Assembly (NCBI GenBank): GCA_045647745.1
Contig: JAZRMQ010000047.1
Location: forward strand, 11,766-75,765
Direction: 5' to 3'
Length of the DNA: 64,000 bases
Origin: Bacteroidaceae bacterium
GTDB taxonomy: Bacteria; Bacteroidota; Bacteroidia; Bacteroidales; Bacteroidaceae
Shown piece by piece: positions 1 through 9,257 of the stretch. The position numbers and the translations under genes were made by a program. Within the stretch, counting starts at the first letter, position 1. Each line of letters begins with the position of its first letter. The notes beneath the pieces are model-generated. The model worked only from the letters and a program-made list of their open reading frames with translations. It ran no database searches and had not been told where the DNA came from.

Positions 1-129
1 TTGGCGATAACATCAAAACCTTTCTATAAAATTCCGGCAGAGCTGTCTGGAAAATATACTTTTGTGGTGACTGTGCTCGATCGTATGCAGAACGAGTCGA
101 AAGGGTATAAATATAAGGTTAAGCTATAA
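1..129 (+). CDS. 3' end of an unidentified CDS (C-terminal 42 aa ...GKYTFVVTVLDRMQNESKGYKYKVKL); 5' end lies outside the window
   Basis: Frame 1 is open from the window edge to TAA at 127-129. The stop abuts the ATG of the next gene. Confidence 0.4.
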   Translation: MAITSKPFYKIPAELSGKYTFVVTVLDRMQNESKGYKYKVKL

Positions 130-570
130 ATGATGAGCGAGCTGGAGATTTTTGAGGTTAAAGAGGCGCAAGCATCTTTTGTTGAGCCGGTAAATCGTCT
201 GCTTGCGCAGCTATCGTCGTCGGGCGTGTCGGTGACCTTTGAGCAGTTGCAGGCATTGGCAGATAGTGAGGCTTCGCATCTTTTTCTTGCGAGGTTTGAC
301 GGGAGGATTGTGGCTATGCTGACGCTTGGTGAATATCTTGCTCCCACCGGGCGTAAGATGTGGATTGAAGATGTTGTTGTTGATGCTGCTGCAAGAGGAC
401 ATTCTTTTGGCCGTGCAATGGTTGAATATGCGATAGAGTATGCCCGTGGAGTTGGTAAAGGTGTGCTGATGCTTACCTCACGTCCTTCGCGTGTTGCTGC
501 CAACGCCTTGTATCGCTCCTGTAATTTTGAGCAAAAAGAGACGAATGTATATAAGATGGAGATAGAATAA
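130..570 (+). CDS. GNAT family N-acetyltransferase
   Basis: 146 aa. Has an acetyl-CoA binding-like segment (IEDVVVDAAARGHSFGRAMVEYAIEYA) and the typical GNAT size. Confidence 0.75.
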   Translation: MMSELEIFEVKEAQASFVEPVNRLLAQLSSSGVSVTFEQLQALADSEASHLFLARFDGRIVAMLTLGEYLAPTGRKMWIEDVVVDAAARGHSFGRAMVEYAIEYARGVGKGVLMLTSRPSRVAANALYRSCNFEQKETNVYKMEIE

Positions 571-571
571 T

Positions 572-600
572 AAAATCGACAGCTATTAGCTGTCGATTTT
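572..600. terminator. Bidirectional intrinsic terminator hairpin
   Basis: AAAATCGACAGC-tatta-GCTGTCGATTTT lies between convergent genes. Confidence 0.75.
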
Positions 601-602
601 AT

Positions 603-1247
603 TTAATTATTCTTTGAAATCTGTTTTAGATTATTCAATAGGGCTAATTGTGCTCGGTGCTTGGCCATTGCTATGGTGCACTGGACACGTTTGGGGTCCA
701 TCTCATCGAGAGATTTGTTGTTCTTGAAATATTTCCAGATGATTGGTGCGGCGTCGAGGGCGCTGTTGCCATCTATGACAAGAGCACGCAGAATGGCTTG
801 GTCGCGTTGGCTAAGCATATCAAAAGCTTCTCTCACCGGATAGGTTTGTGTCTCCTCTTCTTCGTTGACAAAACCTGCCAGTTGCTCGTACATATTTTGT
901 GATGACGGAACAAAAAGTTGCTCTTGTTCTCTCTTTTCTGCGAGTTTCTTGTGAATGAAATGGTTTGTTGTGCAGTAGGCAAGATAGGTGTAAAGCGTTG
1001 CGCCGTTTCTGTTTTTCCAATTGCGCATCACCGACCAATTGTCTTTTGAGATAAATTCATAAAACTCTCCCCACAACTGTTTCTCACTCTCACAATGGTA
1101 TATGTTCAATGAAATGTACCTGAGGAATTGTTTGCATTTTTTTGTAAAAAAATAGCTGTGCAGTTTCTCGTCGACCGGAGTTGCTGTCAATTTTTCAATC
1201 AACTCTTGGTCGCTCAATAATGAATATTTGTCGTTGTTGTTTGACAT
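603..1247 (-). CDS. Divergent sigma-70/ECF-like RNA polymerase sigma factor (tentative)
   Basis: 214 aa. Region-2-like LYTYLAYCTTNHFI and region-4-like LSQRDQAILRALVIDGNS...VQCTIAMAKHRAQLAL. Weak pattern match only. Confidence 0.45.
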   Translation of the reverse strand: MSNNNDKYSLLSDQELIEKLTATPVDEKLHSYFFTKKCKQFLRYISLNIYHCESEKQLWGEFYEFISKDNWSVMRNWKNRNGATLYTYLAYCTTNHFIHKKLAEKREQEQLFVPSSQNMYEQLAGFVNEEEETQTYPVREAFDMLSQRDQAILRALVIDGNSALDAAPIIWKYFKNNKSLDEMDPKRVQCTIAMAKHRAQLALLNNLKQISKNN

Positions 1248-1335
1248 ATTTATTGAAAAAAAACAATATCACAAATGGCAGAATGTTATAGTCTTTATTT
1301 AAGAAGCATAACATCCCAAACTCTAAAAGCTATTG

Positions 1336-1343
1336 CAAATATA
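1336..1343 (-). promoter_or_regulatory. Candidate Bacteroidota -7 box (TATATTTG on - strand)
   Basis: Exact TAnnTTTG match 89 bp upstream of the ATG at 1247. Confidence 0.35.
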
Positions 1344-1444
1344 ATATAAAAGAGAGGCAAATGCTAAAAAAAAGTCTTAAGAAAGGTAAAATAGATGAAC
1401 TTTTATTGCAAAGTTCTGTTGAAAATCTTTTAATGGCTGTTTTT

Positions 1445-1837
1445 TTATCGATTAGTGTAAAAGTCTAACGCTTCAAAAATATCCTCTTTGTTACATTCTC
1501 GCGTGGTTGAATGGTTGTTGGGTTGTAGTAGACAAACAGCTTGGAGCATCTTTTTGTCCATCTCATTGAAGATGCTGTCATACATTTTGCAATTAAATGA
1601 AAAACGCGTGTAATTCTCTTGAACGTGGTGCACAAATGTGTGAAGCCTTGCTGTGGGGTACTCCTCTAAAATTACCGATAGAAAAAGAGCACAGGTGTAT
1701 GCGGCTGCTGTTATTTCATTCTTATTGCCGTTGTACAATATTGAAAAAGCTGTAAAAAATGGCTCGCCAAAATTTTGGGGTGGCTGGGAGCCTATAATCT
1801 TTTCAAAGGCTTGGTTTATCTCGGCTCTTTCTTTCAT
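1445..1837 (-). CDS. Hypothetical protein (130 aa, no recognisable domain)
   Basis: Intact ORF with its own -7 box. No motif recognised. Confidence 0.5.
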   Translation of the reverse strand: MKERAEINQAFEKIIGSQPPQNFGEPFFTAFSILYNGNKNEITAAAYTCALFLSVILEEYPTARLHTFVHHVQENYTRFSFNCKMYDSIFNEMDKKMLQAVCLLQPNNHSTTRECNKEDIFEALDFYTNR

Positions 1838-1863
1838 TGGTGAGTTATGATTTGTTGTGTCGG

Positions 1864-1871
1864 CAAAGATA
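1864..1871 (-). promoter_or_regulatory. Candidate -7 box (TATCTTTG on - strand)
   Basis: Exact TAnnTTTG match 27 bp upstream of the ATG at 1837. Confidence 0.4.
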
Positions 1872-1916
1872 GTGCAGTAGAGTTAAAAAGTGCTTTTGCG
1901 CTCTCTATATTTTTTC

Positions 1917-1924
1917 TAATTTTG
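1917..1924 (+). promoter_or_regulatory. Candidate -7 box TAATTTTG
   Basis: Exact TAnnTTTG match 70 bp upstream of the ATG at 1994. Confidence 0.4.
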
Positions 1925-1993
1925 CACATTATTTAAACTTTTGACGATTTTTTCAGTCAAACATCAAATGCAAAATAAAATTAATAAAAATAT

Positions 1994-4936
1994 ATGAGAA
2001 AAGGTTTATTGCTCTTGTTGTTGCTTTTTTCATCTGTTGCCTTCGCGCAGAAGAAAGATGGAACACTCACTGCCGAGGTCTTTAACAAGGAGACCGGTGA
2101 GGCTATGACCTCTGCAATTATTCAATTGTATTCATTGCCCGATTCGGTGTTCAAGGTGGGTGCGACAAGCGATCTTGATGGTAAAATAGGTGTAAAGGTG
2201 CAGCCGGGAAAGTATTATGCACGTTTTTCTTATGTGGGTTGTAACACTGTTGAAAAGGGTGTAACCATTGAAAGCGGCAAGGTGTGCGATCTTGGTAGAA
2301 TTGATATGCAACCAGCCGGAAAGTTGCTCGATGATGTTGTGGTTAGCGAAGAGGTCCCTCCCGTTACTGCTGCCGAGGATACTTTGGTGTTCAACACAGC
2401 AGCCTTTCGTGTACCCGAGGGTTCTATGCTTGAGGAGCTTATAAAAAAGTATCCGGGTGTGGACATTGCCGATGATGGTACAATAAAGATAAACGGTAAG
2501 ACTGTGAACCGCATCCTGATGAAAGGAAAGGATTTCTTTGGCACAGACAAGGACGTTGCCTTGAAAAATATATCGGTTGATGCTATTGAAAAGGTGAAAT
2601 TCTATGATAAAAAGAGCGATTTTACACGTATGACCGGTATTGACGATGGCGAGGAAGAGACTGTGCTCGACCTGCAGATGAAGAAGGGCGTCGCTGATGG
2701 CTTTTTCTCAAATACCGAGGCTGGTGGCGGCTCCGACTTCAGCGCCGAACATCTGCTCTATCGTTTGCGCAACACAACAAGTTATTATAATGACGATGCA
2801 CAATACACTTTGGTGCTATCGGCAAATAATCTTGGCGATCAGGGCTTTTCCGATGGTCGCGGTCGTGGCTTTGGCGGTGGAGGCAATAATGGTATATCTT
2901 CGCCCAAACTAGCCGGTTTTAATTTTGCTTATGAGAATGACAAATGGGAATTTGGCGGTAATGTGCGTGGTAATCGTGTGAAGAATGATGTCAAGAGCTG
3001 GAGCGCTACCGAGACATTTATGCCGCAGATTGGCAGCAATCAGTTCTCGAACAGCCGCAGTGAGGGCTTGAACGGAACAACAAGGTTGAATGCAAACTTC
3101 CGTCTCGAGTGGAAGCCCGATACTTTGACAAACATCATATTCACTCCAACCATCAGTTATTCAGATGGTGACTCTTGGAACGAAAGCCATTCGGCTACAT
3201 TTAATGAAAATCCGTTTGATTATGAGAAGGATTACGACAAAATGCAGTATGGCGCAGTCTTTGGCGAGTTGGATTCGATTGCAATAAACGACAATTCAAA
3301 TAAATCTCTCTCATTGAACGAAAATTTGTCCTTCAGCACAAGATTGCAGGTTAACCGCAAATTGAATAAGCCCGGCCGTAATTTGACTTTCAGGGGCAAT
3401 TTCTCGTATGCCGATAGCAAGAGCGAAAGCTATTCGGTCAATGAAGTTACATATTATCAATCGAGCAAGGGTAATCCTTTGCAGCAGCGCTACTCAACCA
3501 CTCCGGGAAAGAACTGGAGCTATAATCTCAATATGAGTTATACCGAGCCTTTGCTAAAAAATCTCTTCCTGCAAATCAATTACAGCTACAATTACAGCTA
3601 CAACAATAGTAACCGCGCTACATACAACTTTGACGACCTGCTTGGTTATGTGCTTGAGGTGAGCCCCGATTTTACACGCCCCGAGCTGCCGTCGGAACTT
3701 GCGCTTTACGTTGATACGGCGTTGAGCCGCTATTCAACCTATCGCACACAGAGACACGAGGTTGGTGTTATGTTCAGATACGTGACCGAGAAGATGAACC
3801 TTAACGCCGGAGTTAATTGGTTGCCGCAGCACACCGAGCTCGATTATAAACATTTGGGGTTGGATACACTCCTCACACGCAGTGTGTTGAATTATGTGTC
3901 GCCGAATATCCGCTTCCGTTACAAGTGGTCAAAGCAAACAACCCTTAATATTCGTTATCGTGGTTCAACGTCGCAACCATCGATGACCGATCTTTTGAAC
4001 ATTAGAGATGACTCTAATCCATTGCAGGTTACCGAGGGTAATCCGGGCCTGAAGCCATCTTTCTCGAACAATGTAAACGCAAACTTTAATACTTATAATA
4101 CCGATGCTCAGCGCGGAATTAATGTGTTTGCAAGCTTCTCAAATACAATAAACGCAATCACTCGCAGAGCAATATATGAGGAGTCTACCGGTATAACAAC
4201 AACTATCCCCGAGAATATAAACGGTAACTGGAACGTGAATGGTGGCTTTGTATTTAACTCGGCTATACCGGCAAATACAAAATTTACTTACAGTACCTTC
4301 ACCGATGCCGGTTACTCTAACAGAGTCTCATATATAAGTATGGCTACAGATAGTGAAGATAAGGATAAGAGCGTTGCAAGGACAGTGAATGTGAGCGAGC
4401 GTCTGACAGCGAACTACCGCACCGATAATTGGGATATTTCGTTGAACGGATATTTCCGCTACTCGCACTCAAGGTCAACTGCTCAGCCCGAGGATAAGAT
4501 GAACGTCTTTAATTTCTCTTATGGTCCGAGCGTGAACTATACTCTGCCTTGGTATAATATAAGAATTTCCACTAACTTGTCTATGAGCAGCCGTCGCGGT
4601 TATAGTGACCCCAATGCTAATACCGATGAACTTTTGTGGAACGCGCAAGTGTCGGCAAGTTTCTTGCCGAAGAATGCACTGACGGTGTCGTTGCAACTAT
4701 TCGATATTCTGCAACAGCAGAGCAATATAAGCCGCATTGTTGAGGCTCTTTATCGTAGAGATTCTGAGACTAATGCGATTTATAGTTATGGTCTGTTGAA
4801 CCTGTCATACAAGTTCAATAATACCGGCAGTGATAATGGCAAGAAGGGTAAGGGCGCACGCGAATATGGTATGCCACCGGCTGGTATGGCTCCTCCAGCA
4901 GGAATGATGCCTCCTCCGGGTGGCCCGATGAGGTAA
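1994..4936 (+). CDS. Outer membrane beta-barrel / TonB-dependent-receptor-like protein with an N-terminal carboxypeptidase-regulatory-like domain
   Basis: 980 aa. Signal peptide, CarbopepD_reg-like N-terminus (GTLTAEVFNKETGEAM...), a plug-like segment, a long beta-strand-rich body, a ...LNLSYKF beta-signal, then a Met/Pro tail. Confidence 0.75.
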   Translation: MRKGLLLLLLLFSSVAFAQKKDGTLTAEVFNKETGEAMTSAIIQLYSLPDSVFKVGATSDLDGKIGVKVQPGKYYARFSYVGCNTVEKGVTIESGKVCDLGRIDMQPAGKLLDDVVVSEEVPPVTAAEDTLVFNTAAFRVPEGSMLEELIKKYPGVDIADDGTIKINGKTVNRILMKGKDFFGTDKDVALKNISVDAIEKVKFYDKKSDFTRMTGIDDGEEETVLDLQMKKGVADGFFSNTEAGGGSDFSAEHLLYRLRNTTSYYNDDAQYTLVLSANNLGDQGFSDGRGRGFGGGGNNGISSPKLAGFNFAYENDKWEFGGNVRGNRVKNDVKSWSATETFMPQIGSNQFSNSRSEGLNGTTRLNANFRLEWKPDTLTNIIFTPTISYSDGDSWNESHSATFNENPFDYEKDYDKMQYGAVFGELDSIAINDNSNKSLSLNENLSFSTRLQVNRKLNKPGRNLTFRGNFSYADSKSESYSVNEVTYYQSSKGNPLQQRYSTTPGKNWSYNLNMSYTEPLLKNLFLQINYSYNYSYNNSNRATYNFDDLLGYVLEVSPDFTRPELPSELALYVDTALSRYSTYRTQRHEVGVMFRYVTEKMNLNAGVNWLPQHTELDYKHLGLDTLLTRSVLNYVSPNIRFRYKWSKQTTLNIRYRGSTSQPSMTDLLNIRDDSNPLQVTEGNPGLKPSFSNNVNANFNTYNTDAQRGINVFASFSNTINAITRRAIYEESTGITTTIPENINGNWNVNGGFVFNSAIPANTKFTYSTFTDAGYSNRVSYISMATDSEDKDKSVARTVNVSERLTANYRTDNWDISLNGYFRYSHSRSTAQPEDKMNVFNFSYGPSVNYTLPWYNIRISTNLSMSSRRGYSDPNANTDELLWNAQVSASFLPKNALTVSLQLFDILQQQSNISRIVEALYRRDSETNAIYSYGLLNLSYKFNNTGSDNGKKGKGAREYGMPPAGMAPPAGMMPPPGGPMR

Positions 4937-4937
4937 T

Positions 4938-4981
4938 AAAAATATCCGCGGCAAAATAACAATTTTGCCGCGGATATTTTT
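4938..4981. terminator. Bidirectional intrinsic terminator hairpin
   Basis: AAAAATATCCGCGGCAAAA-taacaa-TTTTGCCGCGGATATTTTT lies between convergent genes. Confidence 0.85.
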
Positions 4982-4995
4982 ATTTTTCTGTCTCT

Positions 4996-5481
4996 TTAAA
5001 ATAGAATATCCCAACCGTTGGAAACAACCAACACGAGTGCATAAATGCCATAAGCGAATTTCAGGCCGCTTGTCAGCATAAAGGCAACGAATGACATACT
5101 GGCGACTTTGAGAGCTTTTGATGATGGCGTCTTTGCAATAAGTTCGCCAATGTAAGCACCAAGAAACGGACCTATCAGAATACCTAACAATCCACCGAAC
5201 ATTCCAATGACAAGGCCGATGGTTGCTCCCCAAGTGCCATATTTTGAGCCTCCAGTCTTTTTTGTCAACCACACCGGTGCAATATAGTCAAGAATTGTTA
5301 CAATAACGGCAACTACTCCGGCTACAATGATTGTTGTGTTTGAAAGGTCGTTGCCGTCGCAGAACATCAGCATAAGTAACGCAACAAAACTGAGTGGCGG
5401 GCCGGGAAGAACCGGCGCAACAGCGCCAATAATGCCCACGATGGCAAATAGCAGCGCAAGAATTAAAAGCAGAATATCCAT
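4996..5481 (-). CDS. DUF456 family membrane protein
   Basis: 161 aa, four hydrophobic helices. The N-terminus LLFAIVGIIGAVAPVLPGPPLSF is typical of DUF456. Confidence 0.7.
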   Translation of the reverse strand: MDILLLILALLFAIVGIIGAVAPVLPGPPLSFVALLMLMFCDGNDLSNTTIIVAGVVAVIVTILDYIAPVWLTKKTGGSKYGTWGATIGLVIGMFGGLLGILIGPFLGAYIGELIAKTPSSKALKVASMSFVAFMLTSGLKFAYGIYALVLVVSNGWDILF

Positions 5482-5510
5482 AATCTATTGTCTCTTGTTT
5501 CTTTGTGCCG

Positions 5511-5518
5511 CAAAGTTA
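5511..5518 (-). promoter_or_regulatory. Candidate -7 box (TAACTTTG on - strand)
   Basis: Exact TAnnTTTG match 30 bp upstream of the ATG at 5481. Confidence 0.4.
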
Positions 5519-5606
5519 ATGTTTAATTGCTTAATAAAACAAAAAGAGTTACTTTTTTAGCTGCAAATTGAGTATCTTAGCAAACAGAATAATCGCAGTG
5601 TATATT

Positions 5607-6230
5607 ATGATTAAAGATATTGTTTTTGATTTTGGTGGGGTGTTGACAACTATTGACACCAATAGGGCGTTGGCTCGCTTTAGGGAGCTAGGACTTTCCA
5701 ATCCAAAGGATTATATAAATTCTTATTGCCAGAAAGGTCCTTTCTTTGCTCTTGAGAATGGTGATATTAATGCCGAGGAGTTTTGTGATGAATTGGGGCA
5801 GCTTTGTCAAAGGTCTATCAGCTACGATGACGCAAAATTCGCTTGGTGTGGGTTTATAACAGAGGTTCACGTTGAATATCTTGAGTTCTTGCAGCAGTTG
5901 CGTTCGCAATATCGTCTTTCGGTGCTGAGCAATACAAATCCTTTTATTCAAAGTTGGGCACGTTCACCACAATTTACCCCTTGCGGAAAGTCGCTCGATG
6001 ACTATTTTGATATGCTTTTCTTGAGCTATTGTATGGGCTGCTCAAAGCCCGGCGAGGAGATTTATCACAAGATGCTTGCCTCTGGTTCAATGCTTGCCGA
6101 GGAGACGCTATTTGTTGACGACAGCGATAAAAATCTTGAGGCGGCGGCAAAAGTGGGTATTAAAACTCTAAAAGTTGAGAATGGCGAGGACTGGCGTGAA
6201 AAGTTATTGATTTTTTTGCAGCAGGGTTGA
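5607..6230 (+). CDS. HAD family (subfamily IA) hydrolase/phosphatase
   Basis: DxDxV motif at the N-terminus (MIKDIVFDFGGVL), SNTN motif II, FVDDSDKN motif IV. The track ORF begins at TTG 5568; ATG 5607 is preferred. Confidence 0.8.
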   Translation: MIKDIVFDFGGVLTTIDTNRALARFRELGLSNPKDYINSYCQKGPFFALENGDINAEEFCDELGQLCQRSISYDDAKFAWCGFITEVHVEYLEFLQQLRSQYRLSVLSNTNPFIQSWARSPQFTPCGKSLDDYFDMLFLSYCMGCSKPGEEIYHKMLASGSMLAEETLFVDDSDKNLEAAAKVGIKTLKVENGEDWREKLLIFLQQG

Positions 6231-6262
6231 GGGGGGCTCCCTTGGCTAATGTCTATTGTGTT

Positions 6263-6298
6263 AAAAGAGGTGAAAAAACGTTTTTTTGCCTCTTTTTT
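6263..6298 (+). terminator. Intrinsic terminator (A/T-rich extended hairpin plus T-run)
   Basis: AAAAGAGG-tgAAAAAACGTTTTTTTg-CCTCTTTTTT lies downstream of the HAD gene. Confidence 0.6.
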
Positions 6299-6337
6299 AT
6301 TTCTTTATGTTTATCTTCGCAAAAGAGAGTATAGACG

Positions 6338-7765
6338 ATGGATTGGAGCACAACTTCTATGATGGGCGTTCTCTACTGGTTATATTGGGTTGTTGTTGTA
6401 TTCATTATAATCAGGGTGATGCTGAGAAATCACGATGCCGTAAAGACACTAGCGTGGATTATGGTATTTGTTTTTATACCCTTTCTTGGGTTGGTGCTTT
6501 ATCTCTTTTTCGGGCGCGACACACGCAAAAAAAGGTTGGCAAGCAAGCGTCTGCTGTCGCAGATTAAACAGCATAGTACGTTGAAGGTTGCAGCTAGTGC
6601 AAAGAGTGAAATCCGTTCTGAATATCAATCACTTGTTACATTTTTTGAAAATTCCTCCTCGGTGCCGCTATTGTCGTTTGATGAGGCCGAAGTTATTTCT
6701 GATACACAACTGTTTGCTGAGCGCCTTTTTGAAATTATATCAGCAGCAAAAGACCACATTCACCTGCAATTCTATATAATAGAGGATGATGAGTTCGGCT
6801 GCCGTTTGCGCGATGCGCTTGTGGAGAAGGCAAGGCAAGGGGTCGAGGTCCGGGTTATATATGATAGCGTTGGCTGCTGGAGAGTTGGCAAGGGCTTTTT
6901 TGATAGTATGCGCAGTGCCGGAGTGAAAGTGGTGGCTTTTTTGAGGGTCTACTTTCCTTTGCTTTCCAATAGAGTAAACTATCGCAACCACAGAAAGATT
7001 GTTGTTGTTGATGGCAGGGTTGGATTACTGGGAGGCTGCAATATTGCCGACCGCTATCTGAAAGGTATAAAGGGTGGCTGTTGGCGCGACACAATGTTGT
7101 TGTTGCGCGGAGTAGCTGTGAATGGCCTGCAAGCATCGTTCCTCTTGGATTGGTATTTTGCGAACCGCACACCGATAAACGGGAAACGCTATTTTCCTGT
7201 GTTCGATGGAAATAAAAAATCGTTTGTGCAGGTGGTTACGTCGAACCCGGTTGGTGAGGTCAGGGCAATTATCTCGGGATATATAAAGATTTTGTCTCAA
7301 GCAAAAGGGTATGTTTATCTGCAAACACCATACTTTATGCCCGATGAGTCTTTTTTGCAAGCCTTGAAAAATGCAGCAATGTCTGGAGTAGATGTAAAAC
7401 TTATGATTCCCGAGCACTCGGATAGTGTGATTGCTGATTATGCTTCAATGTCATATTTGGGCACTCTGCTTAATTCGGGCGTAAAAGTATACCTTTATCG
7501 TAGTGGGGTTCTGCACAGCAAAACAGTTGTGTGCGATGATTATCTCTCATCCGTTGGGTCGACTAACCTCGATTTTAGGAGCTTTTTCTATAATTTTGAG
7601 GTCAGTGCATTTGTGTATGACAAAGCTGTTGCCTTGAATTTAAAAGAGTGTTTTCTCAATGATTTAAAGCAGTGCCGTCAGCTCACGACAAATGAATATC
7701 GCAAGCGCTCGTTCCTTAAACGCTGTGCCGAATCGTTTATCAAACTATTCTCTCCGCTGTTGTGA
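6338..7765 (+). CDS. cls: Cardiolipin synthase
   Basis: 475 aa. Two N-terminal TM helices and two HKD motifs (HRKIVVVDGRVGLLGGCN; HSKTVVCDDYLSSVGSTN). Confidence 0.9.
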   Translation: MDWSTTSMMGVLYWLYWVVVVFIIIRVMLRNHDAVKTLAWIMVFVFIPFLGLVLYLFFGRDTRKKRLASKRLLSQIKQHSTLKVAASAKSEIRSEYQSLVTFFENSSSVPLLSFDEAEVISDTQLFAERLFEIISAAKDHIHLQFYIIEDDEFGCRLRDALVEKARQGVEVRVIYDSVGCWRVGKGFFDSMRSAGVKVVAFLRVYFPLLSNRVNYRNHRKIVVVDGRVGLLGGCNIADRYLKGIKGGCWRDTMLLLRGVAVNGLQASFLLDWYFANRTPINGKRYFPVFDGNKKSFVQVVTSNPVGEVRAIISGYIKILSQAKGYVYLQTPYFMPDESFLQALKNAAMSGVDVKLMIPEHSDSVIADYASMSYLGTLLNSGVKVYLYRSGVLHSKTVVCDDYLSSVGSTNLDFRSFFYNFEVSAFVYDKAVALNLKECFLNDLKQCRQLTTNEYRKRSFLKRCAESFIKLFSPLL

Positions 7766-7781
7766 TGCCGGGACTGTGGTG

Positions 7782-8132
7782 TTAGAGTGAGTCAAGCTCT
7801 TGCTTTATGCCCAAGAGCTCGTTCTTTATTGCCTTTAGGCGGTCTATAACCTCGCTATTCGTCTCAGCACTCTTTTTTGTGTCGCCGTTTTTTAGTTGTT
7901 TTTTTGCGCCGGCGAGTGTGAGCTTGCAATCCTTTACTAGGTGGCAGATGGTGCGCAGGGTGTTTATATCCTCCTTTGTGTATCGGCGCACTCCATTGGC
8001 GCCTTTGTATGGCGATACCTGTGGGAACACGCTCTCCCAATAGCGGAGGGTGGTCTCTGTTACTGACAACTCCTTTGCAACCTCCTTGATGGAGTAGTAC
8101 ATCTTCAGGTCTTTGTTTAGGTTAAGTGCCAT
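7782..8132 (-). CDS. MerR family transcriptional regulator
   Basis: HTH YYSIKEVAKELSVTETTLRYWE...RRYTKEDI. The start at ATG 8132 sits 1 nt after the upstream M23 stop; the track ORF extension to 8189 overlaps M23. Confidence 0.8.
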   Translation of the reverse strand: MALNLNKDLKMYYSIKEVAKELSVTETTLRYWESVFPQVSPYKGANGVRRYTKEDINTLRTICHLVKDCKLTLAGAKKQLKNGDTKKSAETNSEVIDRLKAIKNELLGIKQELDSL

Positions 8133-8133
8133 A

Positions 8134-9108
8134 TCAATCGTATATTTTTCCGTGGTTCTCGGCCATTTGTAGCATCTGGTCGTATCCATCGGCGTCTAGG
8201 TCCATAAAATAGTAGTTCACAGGGTTTACGTGGCTGCCCTTTGCAATAACTTCATAGTGCAGGTGAGGTCCGGTGCTCTTGCCCGAATTTCCACTCAAAG
8301 CAATCTGCTCGCCGCGGACAACCTTCTGTCCTTTCTTGACAAGGAATTTCTTGTCGAGCAGGTGGGCGTAAAGTGTCTTGTAGCCATAGCCGTGGTCGAT
8401 GACAACAGTGTAGCCGTATCCCGACATCCACTTCGCGCTCTCGATTATTCCGTCGGCAGTGGCGTATACAGGAGTCTTTTTGTCGCAAGCAAAATCCATA
8501 CCTTTGTGGAATGTGCGCACGTTGTAGACTGGGTCAATCCTGTATCCGTATCCCGAGGCGGTGCGCTTGAGGTCGCGGTTAGAGATAGGCTGTATTGCCG
8601 GTATATGGCGCAAGCGAGTCTTTGAATCTTTGTCGAGTGCAACAATCTCGTCAAATGATTTTATCTGCATATAGAGTTGCTTCTCGAGTAGGTCAATCTT
8701 TTGTGTCGTCTCCACAAGCAGCTCCGAGTTATCCATCTTTAATAACTCGTCGTAGCGGTTTGTGCCGCCGTACCCGGCGTTTCTTGCCTCGGCCGAAATT
8801 GGCTCGGCATCGAGCATCACTCTGTAAAGGTTATCGTCGCGTTGCTGTATATCCTGCAAAACGAGCATTGCGTTGTCGAGGCGTTTTGAAAGAATCTTGT
8901 ATTGAGCAAGGATTTGTGAGTTCTCATTCTCCAACTCCTCGACAGAGGGCTTGTCTACAAATATGTGAAAGACAAGGAACGAACCTGCGCCAAAGAGTAT
9001 AAAGAGCAGCGCACGACGGAGTATCGTGAGAAACCTTTGAGCAAAATTAGGGGCTACCTTTTCATAGGTTTTTGTCTCGGGGTTGAATATGTAATAGTTC
9101 TTTCGCAT
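8134..9108 (-). CDS. M23 family metallopeptidase (membrane-anchored)
   Basis: HxxxD (HKGMDFA) and HxH (GPHLHYEV) LytM motifs, an N-terminal TM segment and a coiled-coil region. Confidence 0.9.
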   Translation of the reverse strand: MRKNYYIFNPETKTYEKVAPNFAQRFLTILRRALLFILFGAGSFLVFHIFVDKPSVEELENENSQILAQYKILSKRLDNAMLVLQDIQQRDDNLYRVMLDAEPISAEARNAGYGGTNRYDELLKMDNSELLVETTQKIDLLEKQLYMQIKSFDEIVALDKDSKTRLRHIPAIQPISNRDLKRTASGYGYRIDPVYNVRTFHKGMDFACDKKTPVYATADGIIESAKWMSGYGYTVVIDHGYGYKTLYAHLLDKKFLVKKGQKVVRGEQIALSGNSGKSTGPHLHYEVIAKGSHVNPVNYYFMDLDADGYDQMLQMAENHGKIYD

Positions 9109-9126
9109 TGCTCTCTTTTGCTATTG

Positions 9127-9134
9127 CAAAAATA
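9127..9134 (-). promoter_or_regulatory. Candidate -7 box (TATTTTTG on - strand)
   Basis: Exact TAnnTTTG match 19 bp upstream of the ATG at 9108. Confidence 0.4.
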
Positions 9135-9249
9135 GTAAAAGCAACCTTTTTATGCAAATATTATTCATTTAAAGCATACTTTGTGGGCAAAGATGCTCTT
9201 TGCTGTTAAATATTATTTGTCTAGTCGGCGTTTTTTTGCTAAAATGTTG

Positions 9250-9257
9250 TAAATTTG
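9250..9257 (+). promoter_or_regulatory. Candidate -7 box TAAATTTG
   Basis: Exact TAnnTTTG match 76 bp upstream of the alaS ATG at 9333. Confidence 0.4.
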
